Of a stretch of 36,667 nt of DNA, positions 28,426 to 36,667 are shown piece after piece. The stretch is from Terrimicrobiaceae bacterium. GTDB taxonomy: Bacteria; Verrucomicrobiota; Verrucomicrobiia; Chthoniobacterales; Terrimicrobiaceae. Under the pieces are notes generated by a model. It was given only the letters and a program-made list of their open reading frames with translations, was not told the DNA's origin and did not search any database. Numbering within the stretch: the first letter of the stretch is position 1; the number at the start of each line of letters is the position of its first letter. The stretch covers positions 1-36,667 of the forward strand of contig JBGSVZ010000040.1 in NCBI GenBank assembly GCA_041752695.1, written 5' to 3'. The translations under genes and the position numbers were made by a program.

Positions 28426-28758
28426 ACGACGGCAGCGCAACTTATATTCTGTTCAAGCTGCGCGTTAGTATGGGAGCATGTAAGCGCGGTTCATGTTACG
28501 GTCAATGCTCTCGTAAGTCAGACCCCGCTGAAATCGCGCAGGGCGGAAATGAGGAGAAGAAGGCTTTGTTGACAAAGTGGCAAACGGCGAGCGCTTGACT
28601 TGCCAACCTGCTGCGGATGAATCGGACGGCAATGGCATCTACCAAGAGGAAGATTGACTTCTTCTCGCTGCTAAAACTATTTACTGGTTCTTGGGCCGGA
28701 AAACAAACCAAGTTCCGAGAGCGTTTCATCCGCCGTCCCGAGGAATGCTGCCTTTAGC

Positions 28759-29760
28759 TCAATCGCTTTTCCCATCTTGCTTGGCGTCTATGATCGAAAT
28801 AGGTATGCTCAAACATGACTTACCATCTGCCAAGACGGTGAGCACGCCCCTATGCACTGTGGTTAGCGGACCGTCGGAAACTACGTCAATTATAAAGCGA
28901 CGTTTAGTTAGTCTCTTTGTTGTAAGACGTAAATCGGTAATATCTGAGCTAGCGAAGATATGCCCATCCATTTCTTCCGGAGAATCAACAATTATCGACG
29001 CACGCGAGCCGCTAGCCGCAGCTAGGGTAACTATTTTTGGAGTAGCATTGAATTTTTTCATCCCAAGCAAGAATATGTCGTGCTCCAGCGACACAATTCC
29101 AAGCCCTCGCGCCTTATCGTCCGGGGAAAATTGTAGCTTTGCAGCCCTATTGTCTTTTACTTTCGAACAATCACACTTGATCTCCCAGATGTCTTGGATC
29201 ACGTTTCCCATGATAAGTGACGATCCCGTTTTGAGGGTATCAAGTTTTTCTATCGTAACCGCGGGGTCAGTCACCAATGCCGATAATCCTACGTCTGAAG
29301 ATTCTTTATCATAAAAAGTAGACAGCTCCTCGACAATAACATCTGACCGCCCGGCACACTGCAAAATCGTATGGGACCTGCTAAGTCGATACTTTGTAGA
29401 TATATATCCCACTAATTTGAGCTGAGCAGCAGACTTTTTACCAAGAATCTGTAGTTCTACAATCACCTGAACATCAAAAAATCCTCGCCTTTGGGAAGGG
29501 TCAATCGTCAAATTAATTTCACATGATTTACCGGGTTCCAACTCCTTTTTAGAGGCAGAAACTTTGGTGCAACCACAAGAAGCTACTAGCTGCTTTATGC
29601 TAACAACTTGCTCTGAGTCATTAATGAGCATCGCAGATACCTCGACGCTTTTGCTGATGTTAAAAATTACACCCAAATCAACCACAGGCGGATCAAACTT
29701 TACCCCTCCGGCACAAGCCGTAGAGAAAGCAGCTACAAATAAAATAAATTGCTTTATCAC
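28759..29760 (-). CDS. DUF1573 domain-containing exported protein (Ig-like repeats)
   Basis: Signal peptide; DLGVI...LINDS...IKQLVASCGCT...LEPGKS is the DUF1573 signature. Confidence 0.85.
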   Translation of the reverse strand: MIKQFILFVAAFSTACAGGVKFDPPVVDLGVIFNISKSVEVSAMLINDSEQVVSIKQLVASCGCTKVSASKKELEPGKSCEINLTIDPSQRRGFFDVQVIVELQILGKKSAAQLKLVGYISTKYRLSRSHTILQCAGRSDVIVEELSTFYDKESSDVGLSALVTDPAVTIEKLDTLKTGSSLIMGNVIQDIWEIKCDCSKVKDNRAAKLQFSPDDKARGLGIVSLEHDIFLLGMKKFNATPKIVTLAAASGSRASIIVDSPEEMDGHIFASSDITDLRLTTKRLTKRRFIIDVVSDGPLTTVHRGVLTVLADGKSCLSIPISIIDAKQDGKSD

Positions 29761-29764
29761 CTAT

Positions 29765-30265
29765 CTAAAAAGAATCTAACGTTAAAATGGAGCCTCCATA
29801 GATTTCACCGAACTGCTTTTTGCTTAATTTCGTCGGAGCTTCGGTTGAAAAGTTTGGCTCAACAACTACAATTTCATCTTGCCCATCCATTGCAATCACC
29901 GTCGTAAAATGTCCAAAGCTCTTTCCGTTGATCGTTAGATAGACATGAGCGATGAACGGCGGTTTAAAAGCACTCAATTTTTCTACGGGACACTTAAACA
30001 CCTTAACTTTGACACGGTTCTTCTCGAACAGGTCCATCATGTCACCAAAACTTGCCTCTCGGCCCTTCGGTGCCAGAGCGTCATAAATCGTGTCGAAACT
30101 GAACCCAAGCCCAAGGCGTTCACTGAATGCGTACACGCTATTAACGGCGCAATATCTAAGACTGTTGGATGTAAAATCGAAATGTGCGGACTCCGAAACC
30201 GATAGGGAAGAGATGTGGGAAGCTAGAACTAGCCCACACGTGAACAGATTCTTCTCATTCAGCAT
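29765..30265 (-). CDS. Stand-alone C39-family cysteine peptidase
   Basis: YCAVNSVY (Cys), ASFGDM, PFIAHV, GHFTTV (His), VVVEP (Glu at the usual Asp site), F..IYGGSIL. No ABC domain; possible N-terminal signal. Confidence 0.8.
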   Translation of the reverse strand: MLNEKNLFTCGLVLASHISSLSVSESAHFDFTSNSLRYCAVNSVYAFSERLGLGFSFDTIYDALAPKGREASFGDMMDLFEKNRVKVKVFKCPVEKLSAFKPPFIAHVYLTINGKSFGHFTTVIAMDGQDEIVVVEPNFSTEAPTKLSKKQFGEIYGGSILTLDSF

Positions 30266-31385
30266 TTTTTAATATATTATCCAAAGATTCCTTACCCCGG
30301 CCAACAGGAAAGATTTCACCAGTAAGGCTATCAACAAACGTGTAACCGTCAGGAGGTTCCATCTTGAGTTGCTTTGGATCAAGAACGAAATTCAGTTCTA
30401 CTTTCTTAATTTCTAGGAGAGTCGAATTTTCCAGTTGGGCCATTCCACTGGCGTCCAACATATAATTCTTGTCTTCAACGGCGAGGGGAAAAGTTACCCC
30501 CTCAACAGTCTGATAAGAAAACATCTTCTGTCTTGCTATATAGAGACCGCCATTGGGAAGGCCCAATTCCCTCGTCGCGAGGATGGGCAAAAGCGTCTTC
30601 GCGTCAATGTCAAGAACAGTCCTCACTCTAATAGTATCATCCCCAAACGCACTGGCCACGTTTAGGTCGCTTATGATACGAATAAGTTGATCGACTTTCG
30701 ATATATCCAGTGCGTCGTCCGAGACTCCCTCGAAGATTTTTAATAAGGAAGTCCCGTCGAAAGACTTGAATGCAGATTCCCAAGTTGTTGAACTTGTTGG
30801 AATACTCAGCGTTGCGGCATCGATACAAAACTCCTTACGAGCGGCATTTATCATCCTAAGTATTTTGCCATCGGATATGAATTTTGTCTCAGGCTCATCA
30901 GAGACTATTTTACCTGATAAATCTTTACATACGGTGCGCTCAGTAAAAATAAACTGATTATCGACACCTTTCCAGGTGCAGAATGACTCCACTGTTGCAT
31001 AGTATTGGGCATCCCGTTCTTGTGCGCTTATTATCTCGTCAAGTCTTTTTCCCTTCAAGATTTCTGGGCGTCCCCCTAAGGGAGTGATAGTGATTTCTCC
31101 TGACGATTGGTTTCCATCCTTCAGGAGCGCTATCTCTGACTCGATTCTTTCGAAATAGGCGGAGGTATTCTTCTTAGTCAGCTGATAATCAAGAGCTGCT
31201 GTTTTGAAGAGCTCCACTTTCGAAACGAATGCATCTACAATCGCCTGAACCTCTGCCCCTTTATTATTGTTATCTGCGGCTGGCAACATACATCCACTCG
31301 CTAAAAACATACATACAAAGAGGATGGTTCGCAGAGCCCTTTGTCCACCCTGAGATATTGGCGCGATAGCCAGCACGGAACTCAC
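30255..31385 (-). CDS. Exported hypothetical protein with a LolA/RseB-like C-terminal signature
   Basis: Likely GTG start at 31385 overlapping the upstream TAG; signal or lipoprotein-like ILFVCMFLASGC; YQTVEGVTFP...IKKVELN...KMEPPDGYTFVD. Confidence 0.7.
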   Translation of the reverse strand: MSSVLAIAPISQGGQRALRTILFVCMFLASGCMLPAADNNNKGAEVQAIVDAFVSKVELFKTAALDYQLTKKNTSAYFERIESEIALLKDGNQSSGEITITPLGGRPEILKGKRLDEIISAQERDAQYYATVESFCTWKGVDNQFIFTERTVCKDLSGKIVSDEPETKFISDGKILRMINAARKEFCIDAATLSIPTSSTTWESAFKSFDGTSLLKIFEGVSDDALDISKVDQLIRIISDLNVASAFGDDTIRVRTVLDIDAKTLLPILATRELGLPNGGLYIARQKMFSYQTVEGVTFPLAVEDKNYMLDASGMAQLENSTLLEIKKVELNFVLDPKQLKMEPPDGYTFVDSLTGEIFPVGRGKESLDNILKNAE

Positions 31386-31885
31386 TATGGCGCGCAAGCA
31401 AGAAGACACGCCACCGTCGTGGTAAGAGTCTCGCAATCATTACATCTTGTGCGCGCGGCATTGGCACCCTTACAAGCTCCACCGACCCATGTGCCACAAG
31501 TACGATGCACATTTCTACAAACATCAAAAAAAGAACCTGCTTTACAGTCTTGATGGGCCGTGCTGGTGACACTACTGCACCTCGCATTTCCCGGAACAGG
31601 CTGGCATCTCCAGACGCGCCTACCTCCAGCCTCAATTGTCGCTAAAGCACATGTCACACCAGCGCAGAAATCTGGTGTGCCTCCATTTCCCATGTGAACA
31701 GAGTTACATAAAGTCGATTTGTCTAGGTCGCATGTGAAACCAAGACAATGCCCACCTTTTATTTTCCCTGCCTCGTTTCGATCTAAACTCTCTATCTCCG
31801 CCGCTGTGCTCAACGCGGAAAATCCGATGTTGGCGCCAGTTAGGATTAATCCAAGACAAAGTAATGCACATTTAATTTTTCTCAT
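31385..31885 (-). CDS. Cys-rich precursor: Sec signal + double-glycine leader + 121-aa core with 15 Cys
   Basis: MRKIK-hydrophobic-STA signal; ESLDRNEAGKIKGG/H matches the LxxxExxxIxGG leader pattern; ATGA-coupled to the upstream gene. Confidence 0.8.
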   Translation of the reverse strand: MRKIKCALLCLGLILTGANIGFSALSTAAEIESLDRNEAGKIKGGHCLGFTCDLDKSTLCNSVHMGNGGTPDFCAGVTCALATIEAGGRRVWRCQPVPGNARCSSVTSTAHQDCKAGSFFDVCRNVHRTCGTWVGGACKGANAARTRCNDCETLTTTVACLLACAP

Positions 31886-33252
31886 AATGATGTAATAGAA
31901 GTTATCTTTCCTTGCAGATTCATAGTTTTTTTAGTTATCGGAACTTTATTCAACAGGGTTGTAATTGAGACAGAGCCATCGTTATTGTAAAAATACAAAA
32001 GATCAATCCCTTTTAACGCATCTTTTCGAGCCAAAAGTTTACCACTCTCAAAAACTTGCTCTAGTAGGACATTCTTTCCTTGCTTTTTAAGCATTAATCT
32101 CCCGTTTTCATCAAACGTTGTTTCAACTCCATCTTTGTCAATTTCCCTAAGAATTTTTCCATTTTCAAAGTATGCGGCAGAATAAAGCTTTTTCGTTTCA
32201 CCATCCTTCTCGCTTTCAATCTTTCTGATTTTATTAAACAAGGGACCAGGGGTCGAAAAATAATAAGTTTTTGTAACACTGGAATCGAGCAGTTTTCGAT
32301 CAATTCTCCCATCTCTAGCGCTATGGAAGTATGATTCTGAGTCCCCTTTGTCGTTTGTTCGTGTAATATGCGGCTTCGCATCGCCATTCTTTTTCTCAAC
32401 GAGATAGTTCCAATTGCCATCTGAAATTGCGTATCCCGAATCGCATTTCCACGAATATTCAGAGAGCCCTTGGGGGTTAGAGATCTTTATAGACGACACG
32501 GTGAGCCGCTCATCGACCCCATACTCACAACTTATCTTTGCAGCCAATCCAGAAACCTCGCCCAAAGCGCTGTCGAGCCGCGAAATTAACGGGACGCCGC
32601 CTACAACTTGAACAAGTGGGCACTTCCTGTAGGAAAAGTCAAAACTCTGATTGTTATATTGCAGCTGAGATATTTGCCCATCTGATGAAGAGCGAACAGC
32701 CAGAAAAATCCTGGAACCACCTTTAGATATTGTAATGTCTTTCGAGGAATAATCCCACTCAAGTACCTCTCCCGAATCAGTGGTCACATTCGAAAGGCGA
32801 CCTTTATTGAAATTGAGGATCCATCCGTCATCCCTCGAAATGGAAAAGCTATCGCCCTTAAGGCGGCCTTTCCATTCGTTATTTCGCGTAATAAAATTTT
32901 CACTATCGGCTTTGTTGCGTCGCAGGTAGAGTTCCTTGCCGCATAGTAAACTGACAACCATCACATGTTCATTTGCCAAGGCCGCATGTGACTCACAAAT
33001 AGGAATTCGCCAATGACTCCCTACAAGCTGTGATTTTTTCGCAGAATCGCTGGAAAAAAGCATTCTGATCGGAAGCTTTATTCCTTCCGAACCTATTAAC
33101 TCGGGTAGATCGAAGTGGAACGTCACATATCCCTGAGAGTCCACGGAATCGAATCCATCAATGGGAATTGAAAGGTCCACAGGCCTCGCCGATAAATGGC
33201 AAACCGTGCTAACAACTAGACCGAGAGACAGAAGTAGTATATGACGATTCAC
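31882..33252 (-). CDS. Secreted short RHS/YD-repeat-like protein without a toxin tip
   Basis: Signal peptide; LPIRMLFSS...SQLVGSHWRIP (RHS N-terminal type); repeats such as FNKGRLSNVT..GEVLEWDY, YFENGKILREIDKDG, FDENGRL, YFYNNDG. Confidence 0.72.
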   Translation of the reverse strand: MNRHILLLSLGLVVSTVCHLSARPVDLSIPIDGFDSVDSQGYVTFHFDLPELIGSEGIKLPIRMLFSSDSAKKSQLVGSHWRIPICESHAALANEHVMVVSLLCGKELYLRRNKADSENFITRNNEWKGRLKGDSFSISRDDGWILNFNKGRLSNVTTDSGEVLEWDYSSKDITISKGGSRIFLAVRSSSDGQISQLQYNNQSFDFSYRKCPLVQVVGGVPLISRLDSALGEVSGLAAKISCEYGVDERLTVSSIKISNPQGLSEYSWKCDSGYAISDGNWNYLVEKKNGDAKPHITRTNDKGDSESYFHSARDGRIDRKLLDSSVTKTYYFSTPGPLFNKIRKIESEKDGETKKLYSAAYFENGKILREIDKDGVETTFDENGRLMLKKQGKNVLLEQVFESGKLLARKDALKGIDLLYFYNNDGSVSITTLLNKVPITKKTMNLQGKITSITSL

Positions 33253-33395
33253 TCCAATGGCCCTTCACTATCCAATTCTCCAGTCGGATCAGGAGGTGGC
33301 TCAGAACCACATGCCAAACCCCTCGTAACAGACAGCAAAGAGAGGGTGACAACGATTACGGCGATCGCTGCGGATAGTGACACATTCGTTTTCAT
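33249..33395 (-). CDS. Small exported peptide (48 aa), not in the ORF track
   Basis: MKTNVSLSAAIAVIVVTLSLLSVTRGLACGSEPPPDPTGELDSEGPLE*; its TGA overlaps the GTG start of the RHS-like gene (GTGA). Confidence 0.65.
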   Translation of the reverse strand: MKTNVSLSAAIAVIVVTLSLLSVTRGLACGSEPPPDPTGELDSEGPLE

Positions 33396-33407
33396 GTTTT
33401 CGGACCG

Positions 33408-33435
33408 TTTCTAGTCAGCTTGAAAACGAAGTCAA
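33408..33435 (-). promoter_or_regulatory. Possible sigma70 promoter for the minus-strand operon
   Basis: TTGACT-N16-TAGAAA, ending 12 nt before ATG 33395. Confidence 0.35.
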
Positions 33436-33468
33436 GCGCCATTGGAGGACCTTTTTTATAAAATTTTT

Positions 33469-34760
33469 CACGGGTGTCCGGTTAATGGCTAAGTCGTTCC
33501 ATACAACGTTCTGAAAATGAGGATGTTACGAGAAAATGAGAGTGTGACGCATTTGAATAAAATGCACTTTTCCGGGCATGAATTCCGGCCGTTTTGTCTT
33601 GTCCCAACTTCTCGATCTGATCCATCGCCAAACGCTCGACCGTCTTGTCGAGCGATACGACGCGGATTCCCGTGTCCGTCACTTCGGCTGTCGCCAGCAA
33701 CTTATCTGCATGGCGTTCGCCCAACTGACCTGGCGGGAGGGCTTGCGGGATATTACCGATTGTCTGAATGCGAGGCCTCACGCTCGCTACCACTTGGGCT
33801 TTCGCGAGCCGATTGCGAAATCCACCTTGGCCGACGCCAACGAACAAAGAGACTGGAGGCTCTGGGAGGACTTGGCCAAAAGCCTCATCGCAAAAGCCCG
33901 TCCGCTTTATGCCGGGGAAGACATTGGTCTCGACATCGAGAACACGGTCTATGCTCTGGACTCGACCACGGTCGATTTGTCTCTGACGCTTTTCCCGTGG
34001 GCCGACTTCCGAAAGACCAAGGCCGGAATCAAAATGCACACGCAGATCGACCTGCGGGGTCCGATTCCCACGTGCATCTTCATTACCGGAGCAAGGCAGC
34101 ACGACGTGCTCTGGCTCGACGAACTGGTTTTCGAACCTGGAGCTTTCTACGTCATGGATCGCGGCTACATGGATTTCAAGCGCCTGGATTTGATTGCCCG
34201 AACCGGTGCGTTCTTCGTGACAAGAGCCAAAGACAGCCTCCGCTTCTCCCGCCAGCGCTCCCAACCCGTGGACATGCAGACTGGATTGCGCAGCGATCAA
34301 ATTGGCAAACCCACTCTGCTGAAAGCACGGCAGGACTTTCCCTCGCTGCTGCGCAGAGTGCGGTTCTTCGATCACGAGACCGCTCGGGACTTGGTTTTCT
34401 TGACCAACAATCTGGACATCCCGGCGTTGACGGTCGCAATCATTTACCGTTTGCGCTGGCGGATCGAGCTGTTCTTCCGCTGGATCAAAGGGCATCTGCG
34501 CATCAAGCATTACTACGGCACGAGCCCCAATGCGGTGAAGACTCAGATCTGGATCGCCGTTTGCGTTTACCTCATGGTCGCCATCATTCATAAGCAAATG
34601 AATTTGCCCGGAACCCTGCCCTGAACTTTGCAGCTTCTTAGTGTTCATCCATTTGAAAAAGTCCCTCTCCATCAACTACTTACAGAAACCGACTGCAACA
34701 TTTTGGGATCTCATGACTCTAACCAGTTGATGTTGTGGCACTTATAACCGGACACCCGTG
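33469..34760 (+). mobile_element. IS4-family insertion sequence (1292 bp) with a 9-bp target duplication
   Basis: 16-bp perfect IR CACGGGTGTCCGGTTA / TAACCGGACACCCGTG; AAAATTTTT at 33460-33468 and 34761-34769. Confidence 0.95.
33578..34747 (+). pseudogene. IS4-family transposase (DUF4372 N-terminus) with a premature stop at 34622-34624
   Basis: ALDSTTV, VMDRGY, YRLRWRIELFFRWIK (YREK). The frame continues after TGA for 40 codons (TLQLLSVHPFEK...NQLMLWHL) to TAA 34747. Confidence 0.85.
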
Positions 34761-35024
34761 AAAATTTTTCTTTGTTCGCTTATTCGAGATCGCTTCCATT
34801 ATTCAATTTTTCTTGCACAGAAGTTCTGATCTTCGAGTTCATTCTTTCAAAACATTTATAGGCGATACGTTAAGGCATTTTTGGGTGGCAAAAAACGCTA
34901 CCTTTATTTCAGTTTTCACCGGCACCAGGGATCGGGCATAGCTCGCGGCTGGTTTCGCAGACTTCCTCGCAGGTTCGCTCACAAGTGCGAACCGAAAATG
35001 ACGGATGATCTCCGCATTTTTCGG

Positions 35025-35480
35025 TCAGGAGGGGCTTTCTCCCCTCGCGTCGCTTTCCATACAGCTGCACATCCATAGCCAGGTTACGATTGTCAGAAGA
35101 AAGAGGTCCCGCCCGAGGGAACTCCAGGTACTGAGAGGAGAAGGTGCTCCGAAGCCGAAGCACCCGCAATCGACCTGGAGTCCGCGGACGAGAGCCTGAA
35201 CAAGAAGCACTACGAATAGGATGGTGACAAATGTCAGCGCAAAAGCGGCCTGCCGCTGAAAAATTCCGAAGATAAGCAAGCCTCCAACCAAAATTTCAAA
35301 TAGAGGCAAAGCCAGTGCCACAAGATTAATCAACTGGGGCGGCAATACTTGGAAAGTGGCGATGCTGTCGGCAAACGCCAGCGGCTTGTCGATTTTGATG
35401 AGCCCCGCGTAGATAAAAACACCCCCGATAAACAAGCGGAGCGCCAGCAGGGACCAACGGTTCTGCAGTAATTTCCTCAT
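35025..35480 (-). CDS. MauE/DoxX family redox-associated membrane protein
   Basis: LRLFIGGVFIYAGLIKI..P..F, LPLFEILVG, RGLQVDCGCFG, RDL. ATGA-coupled to the rhodanese gene. Confidence 0.9.
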   Translation of the reverse strand: MRKLLQNRWSLLALRLFIGGVFIYAGLIKIDKPLAFADSIATFQVLPPQLINLVALALPLFEILVGGLLIFGIFQRQAAFALTFVTILFVVLLVQALVRGLQVDCGCFGFGAPSPLSTWSSLGRDLFLLTIVTWLWMCSCMESDARGESPS

Positions 35481-36016
35481 GACCCACTTTCCACCAGCTT
35501 GCCAGCCGCAGTCCATTCCGCCCAGCCTCCCTTGAAAATCGCGATCTGAGTAAACCCCAAAGCAACCAGCGACTTGCGCACCAGCTCACTGTCTTCGCAA
35601 GAGGCATTCGAACAGTAGATGATGATGGGACGAGTCTTATGTGAGTCAAGCATTCCCCGCAATCCAAAATAGGCGTTCTCGAAATCTTCACGGGCCAGAC
35701 TCATGGCGCCCGGAACATGGCCGAGGCGGTGGAAAATCTCCGGTCGCGCATCGAGGACCAATCCTGCCTTGCTATTCACAAATTCGGAAAACTCTTCCAA
35801 GGACAGGGTGTCTGGCAACGATTGAATTTTTGGACCTTCTGCAGGAAACTGCAGGGGATCGGCCAGACTTTCAACCACCGTCTCCAACCGCTGCTCCTTG
35901 GTCAGGTAAAAGAGCGGAAGCGACTTGTCCCGAAGCTGATTAAGCAACAGCCCAAGACACAGCGCGGTGGTTGCCGCAACCAACAGAAACAGGAGGTCTT
36001 TCTTTAGGGAGATCAT
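35477..36016 (-). CDS. Membrane-anchored rhodanese-like domain protein
   Basis: N-terminal TM; VLDARP..F..GHVPGA, IIIYCSNASC, IFKGGWAEW. Confidence 0.9.
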   Translation of the reverse strand: MISLKKDLLFLLVAATTALCLGLLLNQLRDKSLPLFYLTKEQRLETVVESLADPLQFPAEGPKIQSLPDTLSLEEFSEFVNSKAGLVLDARPEIFHRLGHVPGAMSLAREDFENAYFGLRGMLDSHKTRPIIIYCSNASCEDSELVRKSLVALGFTQIAIFKGGWAEWTAAGKLVESGS

Positions 36017-36027
36017 AAGGTCTTAAA

Positions 36028-36528
36028 TCATTGCGTTGGAACATACTGCAAAAGTTTGATGGGCCAATCCGGAACGAAATCACCGACTCCCGCCATGCGT
36101 TTCAAGCTAAAACCTTCCCCCCAAGAATGGGCGGCAGGAGTTTGCGCGAAATCCCCCACTACGACGGTAAACTTTCCGCTCAATTCCCCCAGTTCCCCTA
36201 TTTCGTTGGGAAAAATTGCCGGATTAACCAGCAGAATGGAGGCAGCGCCTGCAAGCCTTCGATCTGTCTCAGAGGGGACCGACGAGAACCGTCCGGCAAG
36301 GATGACTGTAGCTCCCGAAACATCCGGTAGTTCCTTCAAGTCTCCAACGATTCCCAAGCAGGCTCCATCCAACTCCTCTTTGAACGCCCGAAGCGTTCGA
36401 CCGTGTTTTGTCCCTAGAACTTTTTCATCGGTCACTACCCAGATCAAAGGTGTTCCATTCCCAAACACGACAGCCGATTTGACCCGCTCCACCTCAGACT
36501 TTCTCCCGAGAATCGGCACGAGCAGCAG
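36028..36528 (-). pseudogene. C-terminal part of an unknown (probably membrane) protein, cut at its 5' side by the IS3 element
   Basis: Open frame ...LLLVPILGRK...LLQYVPTQ* abuts the IS3 end at 36529 and is co-directional with the rhodanese gene, 11 nt away. Confidence 0.65.
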
Positions 36529-36667
36529 TGAGGTGCAACTGATTTTTGGACCAATTTGTGTTTTAGTTTGCTGAGTGGATCTGGGCCTCGAACTGGTTGG
36601 GGGTTTTGTATCCGAGGGCTGAGTGTTTGCGGTGGGTGTTGTAGTAGCCTTCGATGTATTCGAAGAT
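36529..36667 (-). mobile_element. Right end of an IS3-family element (runs off the window end)
   Basis: Minus strand ends ...TGGTCCAAAAATCAGTTGCACCTCA (CA terminus) just after the transposase stop. Confidence 0.85.
36563..36667 (-). CDS. IS3-family transposase OrfB C-terminus (partial)
   Basis: IFEYIEGYYNTHRKHSALGYKTPNQFEAQIHSAN* matches the YN..R.HS.LGY.TP motif. Confidence 0.9.
   Translation of the reverse strand: MFEYIEGYYNTHRKHSALGYKTPNQFEAQIHSAN

Noticed and set aside
28422..28598. 58-aa ORF with three Cys overlapping the GYF_2 gene stop (ATGA)
   Set aside because: No signal, motif or other support. It cannot be distinguished from chance.
34972..35025. Two hairpins downstream of mauE as a structured ncRNA
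   Set aside because: More simply a terminator or stability hairpin; no recognisable RNA family features.
36520..36666. S/T/P-rich N-terminal extension of the 36028 ORF to the window end
   Set aside because: Beyond 36528 it is an alternative frame of the IS3 transposase tail and IR.

Overview
The window looks like a piece of a Verrucomicrobiota-type bacterial chromosome (inferred from gene content) with IS ends at both edges: an IS21-type end at 1-140 and an IS3-family end at 36529-36667, each truncating a gene. The left half (about 141-16670) is GC-rich core genome. It holds a truncated Kef/YbaL-type antiporter, chrA, a degenerate M14-like protein, ppnP, a VOC protein, an XRE-SDR-CoA-transferase-thiolase operon, guaB, an ECF sigma/Ser-Thr kinase pair, a DJ-1 protein, argCJB and tRNA-Pro(GGG). 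At 16670-20270 is an integration hotspot: a structured tRNA-linked repeat, a deleted ISL3, a tmRNA/tRNA-Ala-type 3' fragment (att), hipBA, and a tRNA-fMet 3'-half fragment with a terminator. The right half is a visibly lower-GC island with two convergent operons. The plus-strand operon encodes an ABCG-type transporter, a secreted helical protein and two paralogous alpha/beta-hydrolase-fold proteins, one fused to tandem GYF_2 domains. The minus-strand operon is translationally coupled: an unlisted 48-aa exported peptide, a toxin-less RHS/YD-like protein, a 15-Cys precursor carrying both a Sec signal and a double-glycine leader, a LolA-like protein, a stand-alone C39 peptidase and a DUF1573 protein. 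It is preceded, across an IS4 insertion, by rhodanese and MauE/DoxX genes. This minus-strand cluster is the best candidate for an undescribed system: extracytoplasmic maturation and delivery of a disulfide-rich RiPP-like polypeptide. All family calls come from motif recognition by eye; no searches were run.
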